Program-made: the position numbers and the translations under genes
Shown: positions 24,801 through 37,699 of the stretch, one piece after another
Position numbering within the stretch: position 1 is the stretch's first letter
Layout of the letters: each line of letters opens with the position of its first letter
NCBI GenBank assembly: GCA_051453625.1
Contig: JBOZIK010000001.1
Span: 45,360,099-45,423,378, forward strand
DNA: 63,280 nt
Direction of reading: 5' to 3'
DNA from: Welwitschia mirabilis
Taxonomy: Eukaryota
Notes under the pieces: generated by a model
Seen by the model: the letters and a program-made list of their open reading frames with translations, nothing else
The model's database searches: none
Told to the model about the DNA's origin: nothing

Positions 24801-26838
24801 GAAGAAGCTTTGAAAAGACTAGAAGCTGTATTAACTCTGTATGAAGAAAAAAATTGAAATTAAGCTGGTTTAAAAGTCATCTTATGATGGTTGAAGGGCT
24901 TGTTTTAGACCATAGGATATTAATAAGAGGGATTAAAATTGATGATAAAAAACTAATGTCATCAAAGAAGTTTTCCTATCAACTAAACTAAGAGAACTAA
25001 AATCATTCTTGGGTCATGTGGTGTATTATAGAAGATTTACTACTAATGTTAGTAAAATTACTAAACCAGTAAGCAATCTTCTACAAAATGATGCACCCTA
25101 TGAATGGACCCAAAAATGCCCAAAAGATTTTTAAATTCTTAAATAATAAGTTGGTTGAGACCCCATTTTACAAAAACCAGATTGAGATAAAACCTTATAC
25201 ATTATGATTGATGCTTCACAATATGCTGTTGGTGTATTTTGGAATAGAAAGATGATGATTATAAACCCTATGCTATTGCTTACATATAAAAAATCTCAAT
25301 TCTACACAATAAAGCTACATAGTTACAGATAAAGAGATGCTAGACATGGTGGTAGCCTTAGATAATTTTAGGCATTAGGTCTTTGGTTACAAAGTTAAAA
25401 TTCATACAAATTATAGTGCCATATAGTTTTTAGTGAATAAGAAAGAAGAAAATTCTTATATCATAATATGGATACTTTTGATGCAGGAATTTGATTTGAA
25501 GATAATAGACAAGAATGGGACAGAGAATGTGATGGCTGATCACCTATCTAGATTGGAATTCCTTGAAGAGGCTAAACAAATGAACATCCAAAATCATTTC
25601 CCTGATGATCATTTAGCAAGTTTGCAATAAGCACCTTCGTTTACAAATATTTCTAACTTCTTAGTAAGTAAAAAGTCACGTCCTTATCTAAACTACTATG
25701 AGAAAAAAAGGTTGTTAAGAGAAGTGAAAGATTGTATATAGAAGAATAAAATCCTCTTCTAATTTTGTAAGGATGATGTCATTAGGAGATGTGTTGGAGA
25801 GCCTAATTAGAAGGATCTTCTGCAAATTTTTGATGTATAGCAAGGAGGAGGTCATTATGGAGGAAAAAGAATTGCTATAAAAATTCTCAGTGTAGGATAT
25901 TATTGGTTTTTTCTATTTAAGGACTCTTTTAACTATACCAAAGGATGTGATAAGTGTCAAAGAGAGGGAGCACAGTTAAAGGTGATGGAAATGCCCCAAC
26001 AATGGATTTAAGCCTTGAAACCTTTTGATGTCTAGGGAATAGATTTCATTAGATCCATTAATCCAAAATCCTATAGAAAAGAGTACATTCTGGTCTATGT
26101 GGATTATTTGACTAAATGGACTAAATCCAAGGCTGTTCCTAACTATTCTACTAAAACCGTATTTAAATTCCTATCTAGCAGTAGCTTTTACTAGTTTGGT
26201 ATGCTTAGGAGTCTTATAGCAGATAAAGGGACCCATATCACTAGTCAAGCCATTCAAAAGTTCTTGTCTAAGTATGGAGTCCATTATAAACTCTCTTTTG
26301 CTTATCATCCTTAGTCCAACGATTATTGCTGAGGTTACAAATAAGGAGTTAAATCAAATTTTAACAAAAATAGTGAACACTAAATGAACCAATTGGGCAT
26401 CTAAACTTACTGAAGCTTTATGAGCCTATAGGAGTTAAGAAAACAATGTTGATTTCACACCCTATGAGTTAGTCTATGGTAAAAAGGTAACTTTACCTAT
26501 TGAATTAAGAATAAAATCTTATAAATTGGCTAAACAATTAGATCATAATCTAGATAAATCTCAAAAAGAATGGATCCAGACATAAATAAATTAGATGAAG
26601 ATAGAAGAAACACCCTAATAAGAATTGAATTGATCTAAAAATAAGTAAAAGAGTGGTACAAAAATAATGTTCATAAAAATAATTTTAAAATTAGAGATAA
26701 AGTCTTGGTTTTCAATCCTAAATATATATCCTTAAAACAAAAGTATAACAAAAAATGGATTGGACCATATACTTTAATAAAAATTTTACTTGATAGAGTA
26801 ATGGAAGTGTTAAATGAAGAAACTAAAGACATGTATCA
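21810..26838 (+). pseudogene. gag-pol of B (decayed)
   Basis: IPTFKGRKNEEPMLHL and LRHFPLFLK (gag), CEYCTKENHHPIEC knuckle, ALVDI protease, [61 protein letters not shown], integrase CDKCQR and GIDF. Confidence 0.92.
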
Positions 26839-29384
26839 NNNNNNNNNNNNNNNNNNNNNNNNNNNNNNNNNNNNNNNNNNNNNNNNNNNNNNNNNNNNNN
26901 NNNNNNNNNNNNNNNNNNNNNNNNNNNNNNNNNNNNNNNNNNNNNNNNNNNNNNNNNNNNNNNNNNNNNNNNNNNNNNNNNNNNNNNNNNNNNNNNNNNN
27001 NNNNNNNNNNNNNNNNNNNNNNNNNNNNNNNNNNNNNNNNNNNNNNNNNNNNNNNNNNNNNNNNNNNNNNNNNNNNNNNNNNNNNNNNNNNNNNNNNNNN
27101 NNNNNNNNNNNNNNNNNNNNNNNNNNNNNNNNNNNNNNNNNNNNNNNNNNNNNNNNNNNNNNNNNNNNNNNNNNNNNNNNNNNNNNNNNNNNNNNNNNNN
27201 NNNNNNNNNNNNNNNNNNNNNNNNNNNNNNNNNNNNNNNNNNNNNNNNNNNNNNNNNNNNNNNNNNNNNNNNNNNNNNNNNNNNNNNNNNNNNNNNNNNN
27301 NNNNNNNNNNNNNNNNNNNNNNNNNNNNNNNNNNNNNNNNNNNNNNNNNNNNNNNNNNNNNNNNNNNNNNNNNNNNNNNNNNNNNNNNNNNNNNNNNNNN
27401 NNNNNNNNNNNNNNNNNNNNNNNNNNNNNNNNNNNNNNNNNNNNNNNNNNNNNNNNNNNNNNNNNNNNNNNNNNNNNNNNNNNNNNNNNNNNNNNNNNNN
27501 NNNNNNNNNNNNNNNNNNNNNNNNNNNNNNNNNNNNNNNNNNNNNNNNNNNNNNNNNNNNNNNNNNNNNNNNNNNNNNNNNNNNNNNNNNNNNNNNNNNN
27601 NNNNNNNNNNNNNNNNNNNNNNNNNNNNNNNNNNNNNNNNNNNNNNNNNNNNNNNNNNNNNNNNNNNNNNNNNNNNNNNNNNNNNNNNNNNNNNNNNNNN
27701 NNNNNNNNNNNNNNNNNNNNNNNNNNNNNNNNNNNNNNNNNNNNNNNNNNNNNNNNNNNNNNNNNNNNNNNNNNNNNNNNNNNNNNNNNNNNNNNNNNNN
27801 NNNNNNNNNTGTCTTCTTGGCAGGTAAAAGCATATCTTATAAGAATCAGTAAGACTTCAAGAAGCATGAAGTTATAAATAGTAAGAATGACTAGATTATG
27901 AAGAAAAATAAAGGTACCTGTAAAATAATTTATTTTGTTCTATATGAGAAAAGAAAAAAATAAAAAAAGAGCAATGTCCTATCATAAGTATTCCCGAAAA
28001 AAATTCCCAAGAGGGGCCTTTGGTAGTGTAATAAGGTAGCAGTGAGAACTCCACTAAGGGATTAGTTGACTATGATTAGGGTTTATAACTCTGTAAGTCC
28101 TTATTCCTATGGTAATGATTGGACTCTCCTTGTTGCAAGAATCGTTCTTAAAATAAAGCTCTTTTGCTTGAAATTATAAAAAAGATAATCAATCTCTAAG
28201 TATTATTTGAGGAGTGGTTAGCCTCTAATATTTTCTTTAAACTAAGTGAACCCCAAAAGAAAAATAAATATCACACAACATATCATTGTTTTATTTCAAC
28301 ATTCAGAACATTTAAATAGGTGTATATTTCTTCTACTTATTTTTAAGCAATAATATTTTTTGAAGATAAAAGAGCTTAACATTCAATAGATTTTTATAAA
28401 TTGGCATAACAAAAATAAGTATTAGAATAAAAGCAACTAAAGCTTATAATAAAATACTTTTATTTATAGCTCATGACAATCCTTACGTTTTGTTTTCAAA
28501 TAAAAATAAATTTAACTAGGAAATGCATTTATTTTGAAAAAGTAGGAAAAGCAAAATAAATAGCAACTAAAAAGAAAAGGTGAAATCATCTAAACTCAAT
28601 CTTATAAATCTAAGAAAAACTGCCTCCTATCCTCATATGACTAGATCTTTCTATGAAGCAGTGTCAGAAGTCAGTAAGAATTCCAATCTCTACATCATGC
28701 ACATTTCAGAAGTTCTGATAAGCTGAGTCATCCTAGGGTCCATACCTTTTCAAGTAATCCTCATCAAAGAAGAGAGAAAAGAGGCTTAATACTAGATTAT
28801 TACCTTCAATTTACTATACTTATAACTCTAGCTCATGAATTTGACTTGTAAACTACCCTAAATATGCATCATACCTATTGGACTCATTAGTTAGGGTAAA
28901 ACTTAGCTCAACAGCCTAGATTCTCAAATACTCTGTACATAGGTGATGAACCATAGGGCCAAAGCAAGGTGGAATTTATCCATGGTCGAATTAATTCCTT
29001 TCATTCTCATAGAGGATGTCATCTAAGCATTGAATTTTAGGTCTAACAAATCCATTATGCACAAATCAGGCCATGATTAAGAGTCCAAAGGTCTCCTAGA
29101 AAGCAGATGTAATATACCATTCAAAAAGCTCACTTTTAATATTAAAATTAAGGGGTTTAAGTATCTTTAAAATACAATGAAATATGGAAGGATGGGTAAT
29201 GGGAGAGAAAAATTAGGGAGTGGTTTTAACAACCACTTAGTTATGGAGTTTGATCCACAAAAATGTTAAACAAACCCCTACTTGATGTTAAATTTCATGT
29301 GAAATTTAACATCACAATTGATAAGAGATGGTTGGAACAAGCCTTTAACCTAGCTTAAGTAACTAGGAACATTCACTCAGAATA

Positions 29385-29490
29385 AAATGGAATAACTTGG
29401 AACAAAGTGAAATAACTTAGAACAACTCAAGACAAGGTGGAATAACTTGGGACAACTCAAGACAAAGTGCGATAACTTGGGATAACACAG
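29385..29490. repeat. ~30-bp tandem repeat inside E
   Basis: GGAATAACTTGGGACAACTCAAGACAAAGT-like unit, ~3.5 copies. Confidence 0.8.
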
Positions 29491-31492
29491 ACTAACTGCA
29501 ACCATGTGGACTAACCATAACAAGGAACACACCCTAGAAATGGAACACACACAAGAAATTTTTATATAAAACAATATTACAAGAAGTATTCCATACCACT
29601 TCTTATAGTATCATTTTACATAAAATTGCATATCACATAAATTAATTGGGACAAGCCCCCAACCTAACTTTTACTCGGTGGGAGTTGGTAAATTTTACCT
29701 CATAAAATACAATATTTATGCCCCTCTAAAACAATAATTTCTTTCATAATGATGTTTCTACAAAATGATAATAATAACTCAGGTTGCTCTTAATGACAAC
29801 ATTTTACACACCTCTTTGATGTGTGCACTATTAAATTTTATGTCACACATCTTACAAAGCCATCTTCAAATTTACATAGGAGATCTCTTCTTATCCCCTC
29901 TTAAATAAAGTACCATATTCCTCCTTACATGGTCCTTAGGGTTTATTGCTTTACCCTTTTTCACTCTATCGCCTTAAAGAGTGAAACAAAAAACACATGG
30001 ACTTAATTTTAGTGTGCCTCACAACAATTTTAGGTCACACTAGTAAACAATGGCTATTTCAAAAGGGGATACATGTGCCTTCTTCTATTCTAGAACACCA
30101 TTACATAAAATGAAATTTTACAAAAAAAGGATTTTACAAAATACTTAAAATAGTTTGTTGGCATAAAAAGGAGTTTCAACTCACCCTCTTGGAAATAATG
30201 GATCTTTTTTCTTTAAAAAATAAGTTACCGAGAAAAATAATGAAATGTAAGGGAAGAAAGAGAATTAAACCAATTTGTTTTCATTAATGCTCAGCCAAAT
30301 GCCTCACTCGGACATCACAGATGCCGAGACCACCAACTTGATGCACCAAATTGGCTGGCCACATTACTATTTCTTAAGAACATCAATCCATTTCCATTTT
30401 ATTGCCCAAAAAGTATTGAGGCACTAAAGCTTTTTAGACTGAGCATTCTGTCCTTTCTCTTGGATTCCCAAACTAGGTTATTTATGACATAGAGTCAGGC
30501 TAGTCTAGAGACCAAAAAACTTTCTAAAGATTATAGGGACCGTAGGGTATGGCAAGGGGACCATAACAGAGTCATCCATAGACCACAGATTGAATGCTGG
30601 AATGTTATTCTAGATGGCGTTCATCCCCACGATGCAGAAATCACTAGATGAATAGAAAATAATGTGTGATATTCCAAGATCCATGATGGTTTTTTGTGTC
30701 CAGCCCATGAAGAAGTCACTGATGATGCAGACTAGATTTATCATTTATTATTATGCGAAAACCCTATAAGTTTGACACGCACTGATATCAAGATTTTTAG
30801 TGATTTCAGATACATGATTTTCTCTACAATTATGCTATTTGAAAGCCATGCTAGGGTTTTTCTTAAGGCTTAAGAAAGGGCTACAAGAGTATCATTTCTT
30901 GTAAGCGGATCACATTTCATGTGCTTTACCATAACTGTGTCTGGTCCCACTGGATACCACGTTCTTCCTATGATTCTAAAGAGAAAAATGATGAACATCA
31001 TTATCATGATATATCTAAGAAGCATTTTCTAAGATTGATAGATCACCATCACCATTTTTGTAGCATTTTCTGCATCTGAACCAAAATAATTATAGGATTG
31101 GAAGAAAATGCCATGAAGCATGAATTCCTTTAACTAGCTCCGATACCAATTGTTGGATCTAACAAATCCATTATGCATAGATCAGCCATGACTGAGAGCC
31201 TAAATGTCTCCTAGGGAGCGGATGTGATATACCATTCAAAAAGCTCACTTTTGATATTAAAATTGAGGGGTTTAAATACCCTTAAAATACAATAAAATAG
31301 GTAAGGATAAGTAATGGAAGAGGAAAATTAGGAAGTGGTTTTAACAACCACTTAATTATGGAGTTTAACCCTTAAAAATATTCAACAAACCTNNNNNNNN
31401 NNNNNNNNNNNNNNNNNNNNNNNNNNNNNNNNNNNNNNNNNNNNNNNNNNNNNNNNNNNNNNNNNNNNNNNNNNNNNNNNNNNNNNNNNNNN

Positions 31493-34400
31493 ATTAGGTA
31501 TTTCCATAATTTTGAGTACCTTGGGTTTTTTTGTAAACTTTTCAAAAGGGTAAGCTTATGCTCACGTTTTTCATCAAGGATTTTAAATGATTATTGAAAG
31601 TTGAATTGTTGTTAAGCCTATCAAGCCAAGGGGTAGTTTGTTGAGAAGGATTTTTCTTTTTCTTTTTTCCAAGACAAGGTAAATTGTAATCTTCTAATAT
31701 TTCAATGTCCTCTTCATATTCTTCTTTATCATTTCTAAAGTTATTTTGAAAGGTGGAAGGTTTACATGGAGGAGGGTTTGTTTCTTGTCCACTTCTTGTC
31801 ACAACCTTACAATCTTTTCTTAATTCATTTGGATTTGATAAAGGTTGTATTGTCAAAGTTCCTTGAGGTTTTTGGTTTGCCAACATTGTTTGTTGAAGAA
31901 TGTTTATTAAGTTTTTAAGTTTGGCATTTGTCTCTTCATGAGATCTTCTAATTTCATCCATAAGTTTTATGATGATATCATTTAGATGTTGGTAGTTGGA
32001 TGAACTTTATGGGTAGTTTGCATTTTCGAATCAGTTTCTAAAAGGTTGAGAATTATTTTAAAAATGAGTGTTCAACCTCAGTTGTGCTTGATTTTGGTTT
32101 TGGAAGTTTTGAGAGGTTTGGTTGAAAGCAAAATCTTCTTCTCGTATTCTTTCTTTGTATGTTGGTAAAAGAGGATAGTTTTTAGTAACATAATAATTAT
32201 CCTCACATAAATCATAGGTTTGCACAACATTTCTCTCAGTTGCGGATTTGACATCTAAAATCATTTTTGCATACTTCTCTAAGGTTGTTGTAAAATTTTT
32301 CATGGAATTTGTAGGATTGGATTCTATCTCTTTTTGTTGTTTAACCTCTTTTAAGTCCTTGATGAGTTGGCCTACAATTTGATTTTCTTTAGGTATTGAT
32401 CAGGTTTGACTAACCTCTACAAGTTCTTCTAATTTTGTCTAGGCATCTTCTAGTGTAAGGTTCATGAGGTTTTCACCATAAAAAAAATCTACAAGTTTTT
32501 TTGTGTGGGGAGTTAATCCACTATAAAAATAGTCTAGTTGTTCTATTCTTGAAAAATCATCTACTGGATTAGAATGGATTGCTATGAAGAAATGTTTGTA
32601 AGTGGAGGAATAATCTTCATTTGGTTTTTGTTGAAATTTCATTACCTCTTTTCTCCTCTTTCTCATATTTTTTCACTCATAAATATTTTTACAAAAGTTT
32701 CTTTGACTTGATCCCAAGTTTTTAAGCTTTTGTAGGGTATGGTTTTTAACCAAAGTTTTTCTCTATCCTTTAATGGCATGGGAAAAATTATCATATATGT
32801 CTTATCACTAATTTTTTTCTTCCTATTTCCTGGTGCAAGGATTAGTTGTTCAATATCTACAATGTGTTAAAGGGGATCCTTATCATTTCTCCACTAAAAG
32901 TTAGGTAGGCATGTAAATTTTTAAGCTCAACATCATCTCCTGGGGGTAGGTCAAAAGGTGTTTGAATTTCTCTTTTCTTATTTGCTAATAATTCCCTCAG
33001 GGTAAAATTTGTATTAGGGATCGAAGATCGTATGACTTATTTTTACTTATAGGAGGCACTCGACATTGTGAATTGGTTCTCTCCTTTTATAGGGTTTTCA
33101 TCAGAAAATTTAACTCAGAAAAAATAAATTCAAAAGGAGGTTTGGAGATCACTTTTTTGATTTATTTTTTATATTCACTAGTCCTTCTTTGATTTTTTTT
33201 CTATCAACAGCTTTTCTCTTTGATATCTCTTCTCTATGTTGACCATATCACAACATCCTATAGATAGCAAACAATAGAAAATAGATAAAATGTAATAAAT
33301 TGCCATCCTGTTTGTCATGGGGACAACAGAAGGGATGACACACACAGAAACCAGAAAAATAGAAATAGAACTAAAATTAAAAGAAAAATCAAAAAACACA
33401 GAAAATAGGATTGTCGTCCACCTAGTTGTTTAGACTTCACAAGAGATAATTAAAATTAATTTATTTTAGAAAAATCGAAATTCAAAAGTAAAACTAAAAG
33501 TAAAAATAGCACACTGTCATCCTGACTGTCGTGGGGACGACAGAGGGGACAACTACTCTTTTTCTATTAAAAATCAAAACTGAAGAACTGCACACAGAAA
33601 ATCTACAGCTCCTAATAAAATACAACACCAAACAGATAAATAACCGAACAGCGGTCCGATATATTCACCTGAATAACGACAACCCTTGTACTCCTCAATA
33701 GCCTTCCTTGGTAACAACGCCAAAATGTTGCAGTGTGTATTTATGCAAGCTTTTACATTTAAAGAGATCCTATCATTTATAACCAAAATAGATATTTTAC
33801 ACAATCCATCACCCTAGTATTAATGGGAGTAAACCCGAAATGTCATATTCACATTGAAGTCGATAAGACTTAGTTTGCTTTGTAAATAATATAGAAACCA
33901 GAAATAAATAACAAATGCAAAGAAATAAAGTACAATACACAATGCAAGATGCAACTATTCTAAATGCAAATGCAAAATGAACTAATACTACTTGCTTTTA
34001 TCTTTAACAAATGCTGCCCTTGATAATCTATATCACCCAAGAAATTGTCATCAGATCAAGGGTAACATAGACTATAAGGGTCATCAAAGAAGCTAACATG
34101 CAAACATGAAAATAAAACAAGGTTTATATTAAGAAAGAGTAAAAAGCATTTTGGTTACAAAACAGTCGGTCTCAATGGAGGATACATAGTCCTTCACCAA
34201 GTGCACGTCTTTCTGCAACACTCAAGGTGGATCTCCCACCCTTCGATCTCCTGTCACGAGAATTTTTAGTGTAAGGAAGGAGGATTATTTATAATAACAC
34301 ATAGCAGAAAAAGACAAATGGTAGGTGTAAAAAGGCGTGCTTATTTACAAGTTAGAAATGGATGAGACAGTCAGGGGTTATTGTTGGAGTTGGTTACATG

Positions 34401-34754
34401 TCAGTGTCATCCGGATGACATTGGGGATGACAGCACATTATAAAATATTCTCAGAATGATGATTTAGCAATCCACATCAGTAGTCATTGTCATGTCTGCC
34501 GTGGGGATGATGAAGGGTACGACGGTCTTCTTTGATTTTTTTTAAGAGAACTTAGCATTTTTGTTAATAATCCTTCTTCAAAGCTCTGTGCATCAGAAAG
34601 TGCCTTTAATATATTAATTTGGCTAAGAATCACACATTTCTGAGATTTCCTCTTGTATCTCCAAAATCCTCAGAATTACACCTAAACATGCATAAAAGTC
34701 CTGTAAAATAACTCATAAAATCCCATCAAATAATCACAAATTGGCAGTGCAACA
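31493..34754 (-). mobile_element. Athila element F (5' LTR 33726-34754, tRNA-Asp PBS, gag), nested in E; remainder lost in the N gap
   Basis: LTR termini TGTTGCA..TGCAACA. PBS TGGCGTTGTTACCAAGGA (decayed TGGCGCCGTTGCCGGGGA). gag fragments IFPMPLKDREKLWL, FQQKPNEDY..YFYSGLTPHTKKLVD and QPQGTLxxQPxxNP-like. Confidence 0.85.
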
Positions 34755-35899
34755 TATTTCTTTTCTCAAAATGGCATTGCTTCTCTGACCTGTCATCCAT
34801 GTTTTGATCTTCGAAATGCTTTGACCACATAGTCCTTTCTACCTTCTATGTGATCTTCTTTTGTTACTTGTATCCCTCCTTTCTTTTATTTGCTACTGTG
34901 GTTCATCTATAATCCCTTCTATCTACTAATGGCCTTTTCTCTGTGTTAGTGGATGAGGCCTTCTAAGATGTCTTCTTTTGATGCCATATCTTTGTTTCCT
35001 TTTTTAGCACAAATTTTTTCATTCCAAATCAAAATGGCAAAGTTTGTTATCTCTTTCTCTCCATTCCCATGTGTTCTTTTCTCCAAATTAAGGTTTGCTT
35101 TCTTCTCTACTTAGAAGACCCCAAAGATTTCCCAAAAAGAGACTGAGTCTTACCATTTTGAACATTGGGTCACTAAACAGAAACCTAGTATACTGGATTC
35201 TCATCTTTCACCTACTTCTAATGCTCCTCTAGCAAAGACTGTGATTTCGGGGTTTTGTCACTTTTTGAGAAACCTCAACCATAAACATGTTAAACGAGAT
35301 CTAATACACTAGCTTCTTCCATTGTTCCAGTGTTAATCTTTACTTGTCAAAGTTCCATGGAATTGTTGGGATTTCAGATCCCATGTGTGTAGAAGGCCTG
35401 AGAATTGGGAGAAATTCCCAAGGAGCACAAAGAATAATCATTCAAATCAACTCATTTTTCATATTAAAATTGAGGGTTTAAATACCTTAAAATACAATGA
35501 AAATACAGAAGGATGGGTAATGAAAGAGGAAAATTAGGAAGTGGTTTTAACAACCACTTAATTATGGAGTTTAACCCATAAAGATATCGAACATTGAATA
35601 CCTTCAAAGCTATGCTATAGCAAGGAAGGTTGGGAATGTAAACACTTTGAATAGAGATTTGAGAAGAAGCATCACTTACACTAGTAATATTCATCTCTAT
35701 TTATGAGAATCTTAGGTAGTGATTGGATTTCTTCATAGGGGGAGGAGTAGCAGGAGGTATGGGTAAGTTGTTGGAATTGGAAGCCATTTCTAATCTAAGT
35801 GTCAAAATAACTTGATTCAGTTTGGAAAAGGTGATTGTGAGTAATTATTCAAGGCATTATAGTATATTTATACTTAAAAAGTAATAATAAAGGAAACAA

Positions 35900-37330
35900 T
35901 TCATAATTTCATGTTTAAGTGAGTCTTAGACATACCTGATTTGCTAATTTTTAAGTCATTAGAGGATATTCATTTGATCTAGAAAATCTTGGATCAAACT
36001 CTACTTCTTCTAACTGAATTATAAATGCTATGCCAATTGCAACTATTTCTAGCTAGATTTATAGATTTGAAGAATCCCCTCTGAGTAACCTTCATTGCTT
36101 GAAGACCTTCTTCAAATCCTTACATAACCAAAAGATTTTATTTTTGATGATGTGTTGAAAGGTATGCGTCATTTGCCGAGGATTCCTTTAATAGATAGCT
36201 GACCCCCTTCAACCATATCTTCAAAATCCCCTCAAGTCTTTGCTTCTTTGTTTTCCACCTTTCCACTCTCGATGTGAGCTTGAAAACTCTCTCTAAATAA
36301 CCTTCTTGCTCAAAGATTCTTTTTGAGTTCTATCTCAAATGTAGTGAAAATCAATCTAATAATGAGTTAGTTTTGTCTTTCTTTTAATTTATCACCTCTT
36401 TTGAAACCCCTTCGAGATGCTTAAAGCCTCCTTTCATACATTAATCTTATTGATTTAATGTGCTTTAGACTTCTAGTTAAAGACCCCATTTGGAAAAAGA
36501 TATCCCCCTTTAATTTCACCATTCATAAATAAGAGCTCGAGGGTAAATTAGTGGTCATATTAAATTCTTCAAAAGAACTTGATCAATGATTCTTTGAAAG
36601 ACCCTTTTGAGTAATCCTTCATTACTCAAAAACCCTCTTCGAGCTCAGTCCTTATTAAAAACTTCTTTTAGAGATGCCACTCAAACTTGGAGGACTCTTT
36701 TAAGCAACCTTTACTACTTGAAGATCCCCTTTGAGAAAGTAATTGCCATTCAAATCTAGAGAAAAATTTGTGACCTGATTTTGACCAAAAAGCTTGCCTT
36801 AAAAAGTTGATTAGAATATTAGATGAAATGAACAACTACTATGATAAAATGAACATTGTATTTTCTAGAATACAATAATAAAGAGTTAGAAGAAATAAAT
36901 ATTATGGAAACAAATTTTACTAGTAGGATAAAATCATCCATGAAACAAAAGAATAATAGTAGTAGTAGCAAATAAGTTAGATTCTTAGAAGAAATTCTTT
37001 TGCAAAGGATTTCTTATTCAAAGCTTCATGAAATCTCACAAAGAAATCCATGGTCTATGTAATGTTCTTACTATAAGCTAGAGGAACTATGATCACATTT
37101 ACATAATTAACATATTCAAGGTATTAATTTTAGATAGTTTGAAACACTAAAATTGAAATAAGAATCTACTGCTTTCACTTTACTAAAAAGCTTTATCAAT
37201 TCGAATGATCCCTTTAAGCCAGTAATAATGACTACTTGAAGGATCCCTTGTAGTAATTTCGGTTGCTTAGAGACTTCCTTTGAAAGTAAAATTGTCACTT
37301 AAAGGAATCCTTCGAATAGTGAAAGATCAC
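35900..37330. repeat. Degenerate ~30-33-bp repeat region between the two accessory ORFs of B
   Basis: Recurring GA(A/T)CCC(C/T)TT(C/T)GAGTAACCTT..TACT(T/C)GAA-like units near 36070, 36290, 36600, 36695 and 37205. A homologous inverted region lies at ~49740-50900 in D. Confidence 0.55.
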
Positions 37331-37699
37331 CTTTAGGCTCTAGTAAGAGGAAGAGATAAAAACATACTTTTATAATGAATTTTATTGATATCTCCCCTTC
37401 AATGACTTTGACCACTTCTTCATCAGAGAAAGTTGTAAGTCAGACTTCAACATGTTATAAGAAGCTTTAAAATTCTATAATCATAACATTATGATAGTTA
37501 AATTATTTATTCCAAGTTTGTGTTTAGTGCACAATTTTCTTTGTCATCTTCTAATTGCATGTGAAAATGTTATAGACACTTCATATATGGTCTCTTTCAC
37601 ATGTGAAATATTATTTTAGGTTAAATGATTTAGACTAATAATGTTTCTTTATATAGTTAAAAGTTTTAGTTTTTTAAAATGCATTACATTTTCTTTAAA

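Larger units (their letters stand above)
29035..35593 (-). mobile_element. Non-autonomous LTR element E with three ~235-bp LTRs (29035-29272, 31151-31387, 35364-35593)
   Basis: Perfect TSD TTGAA (29030-29034, 35594-35598). Termini are decayed TGTTGGAT..ATCCAACA. tRNA-iMet PBS TGGTATCGGAGC at 31148-31137, PPT-like AAGTAGGGGTT at 29283-29273. No coding motifs recognised. Confidence 0.8.
28610..35787 (-). pseudogene. Antisense accessory ORF of B (~200 aa, unknown family), in two pieces 35787-35594 and 29029-28610 split by element E
   Basis: MASNSNNLPIPPATPPP..EMNITSVSDASSQISIQSVYIPNLPCYSIALKVFN|A(L)DDILYENERN..PPCFGPMVHHLCTEYLRI*AVELSFTLTNESNRYDAYLG.. is collinear with the D copy at 51178-51830. 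TATAAATA on the minus strand at 35872-35865. Confidence 0.6.

Noticed and set aside
29385-29490. Short repeats resembling a CRISPR array
   Set aside because: Head-to-tail units with no unique spacers, no cas genes, and a eukaryotic TE context.
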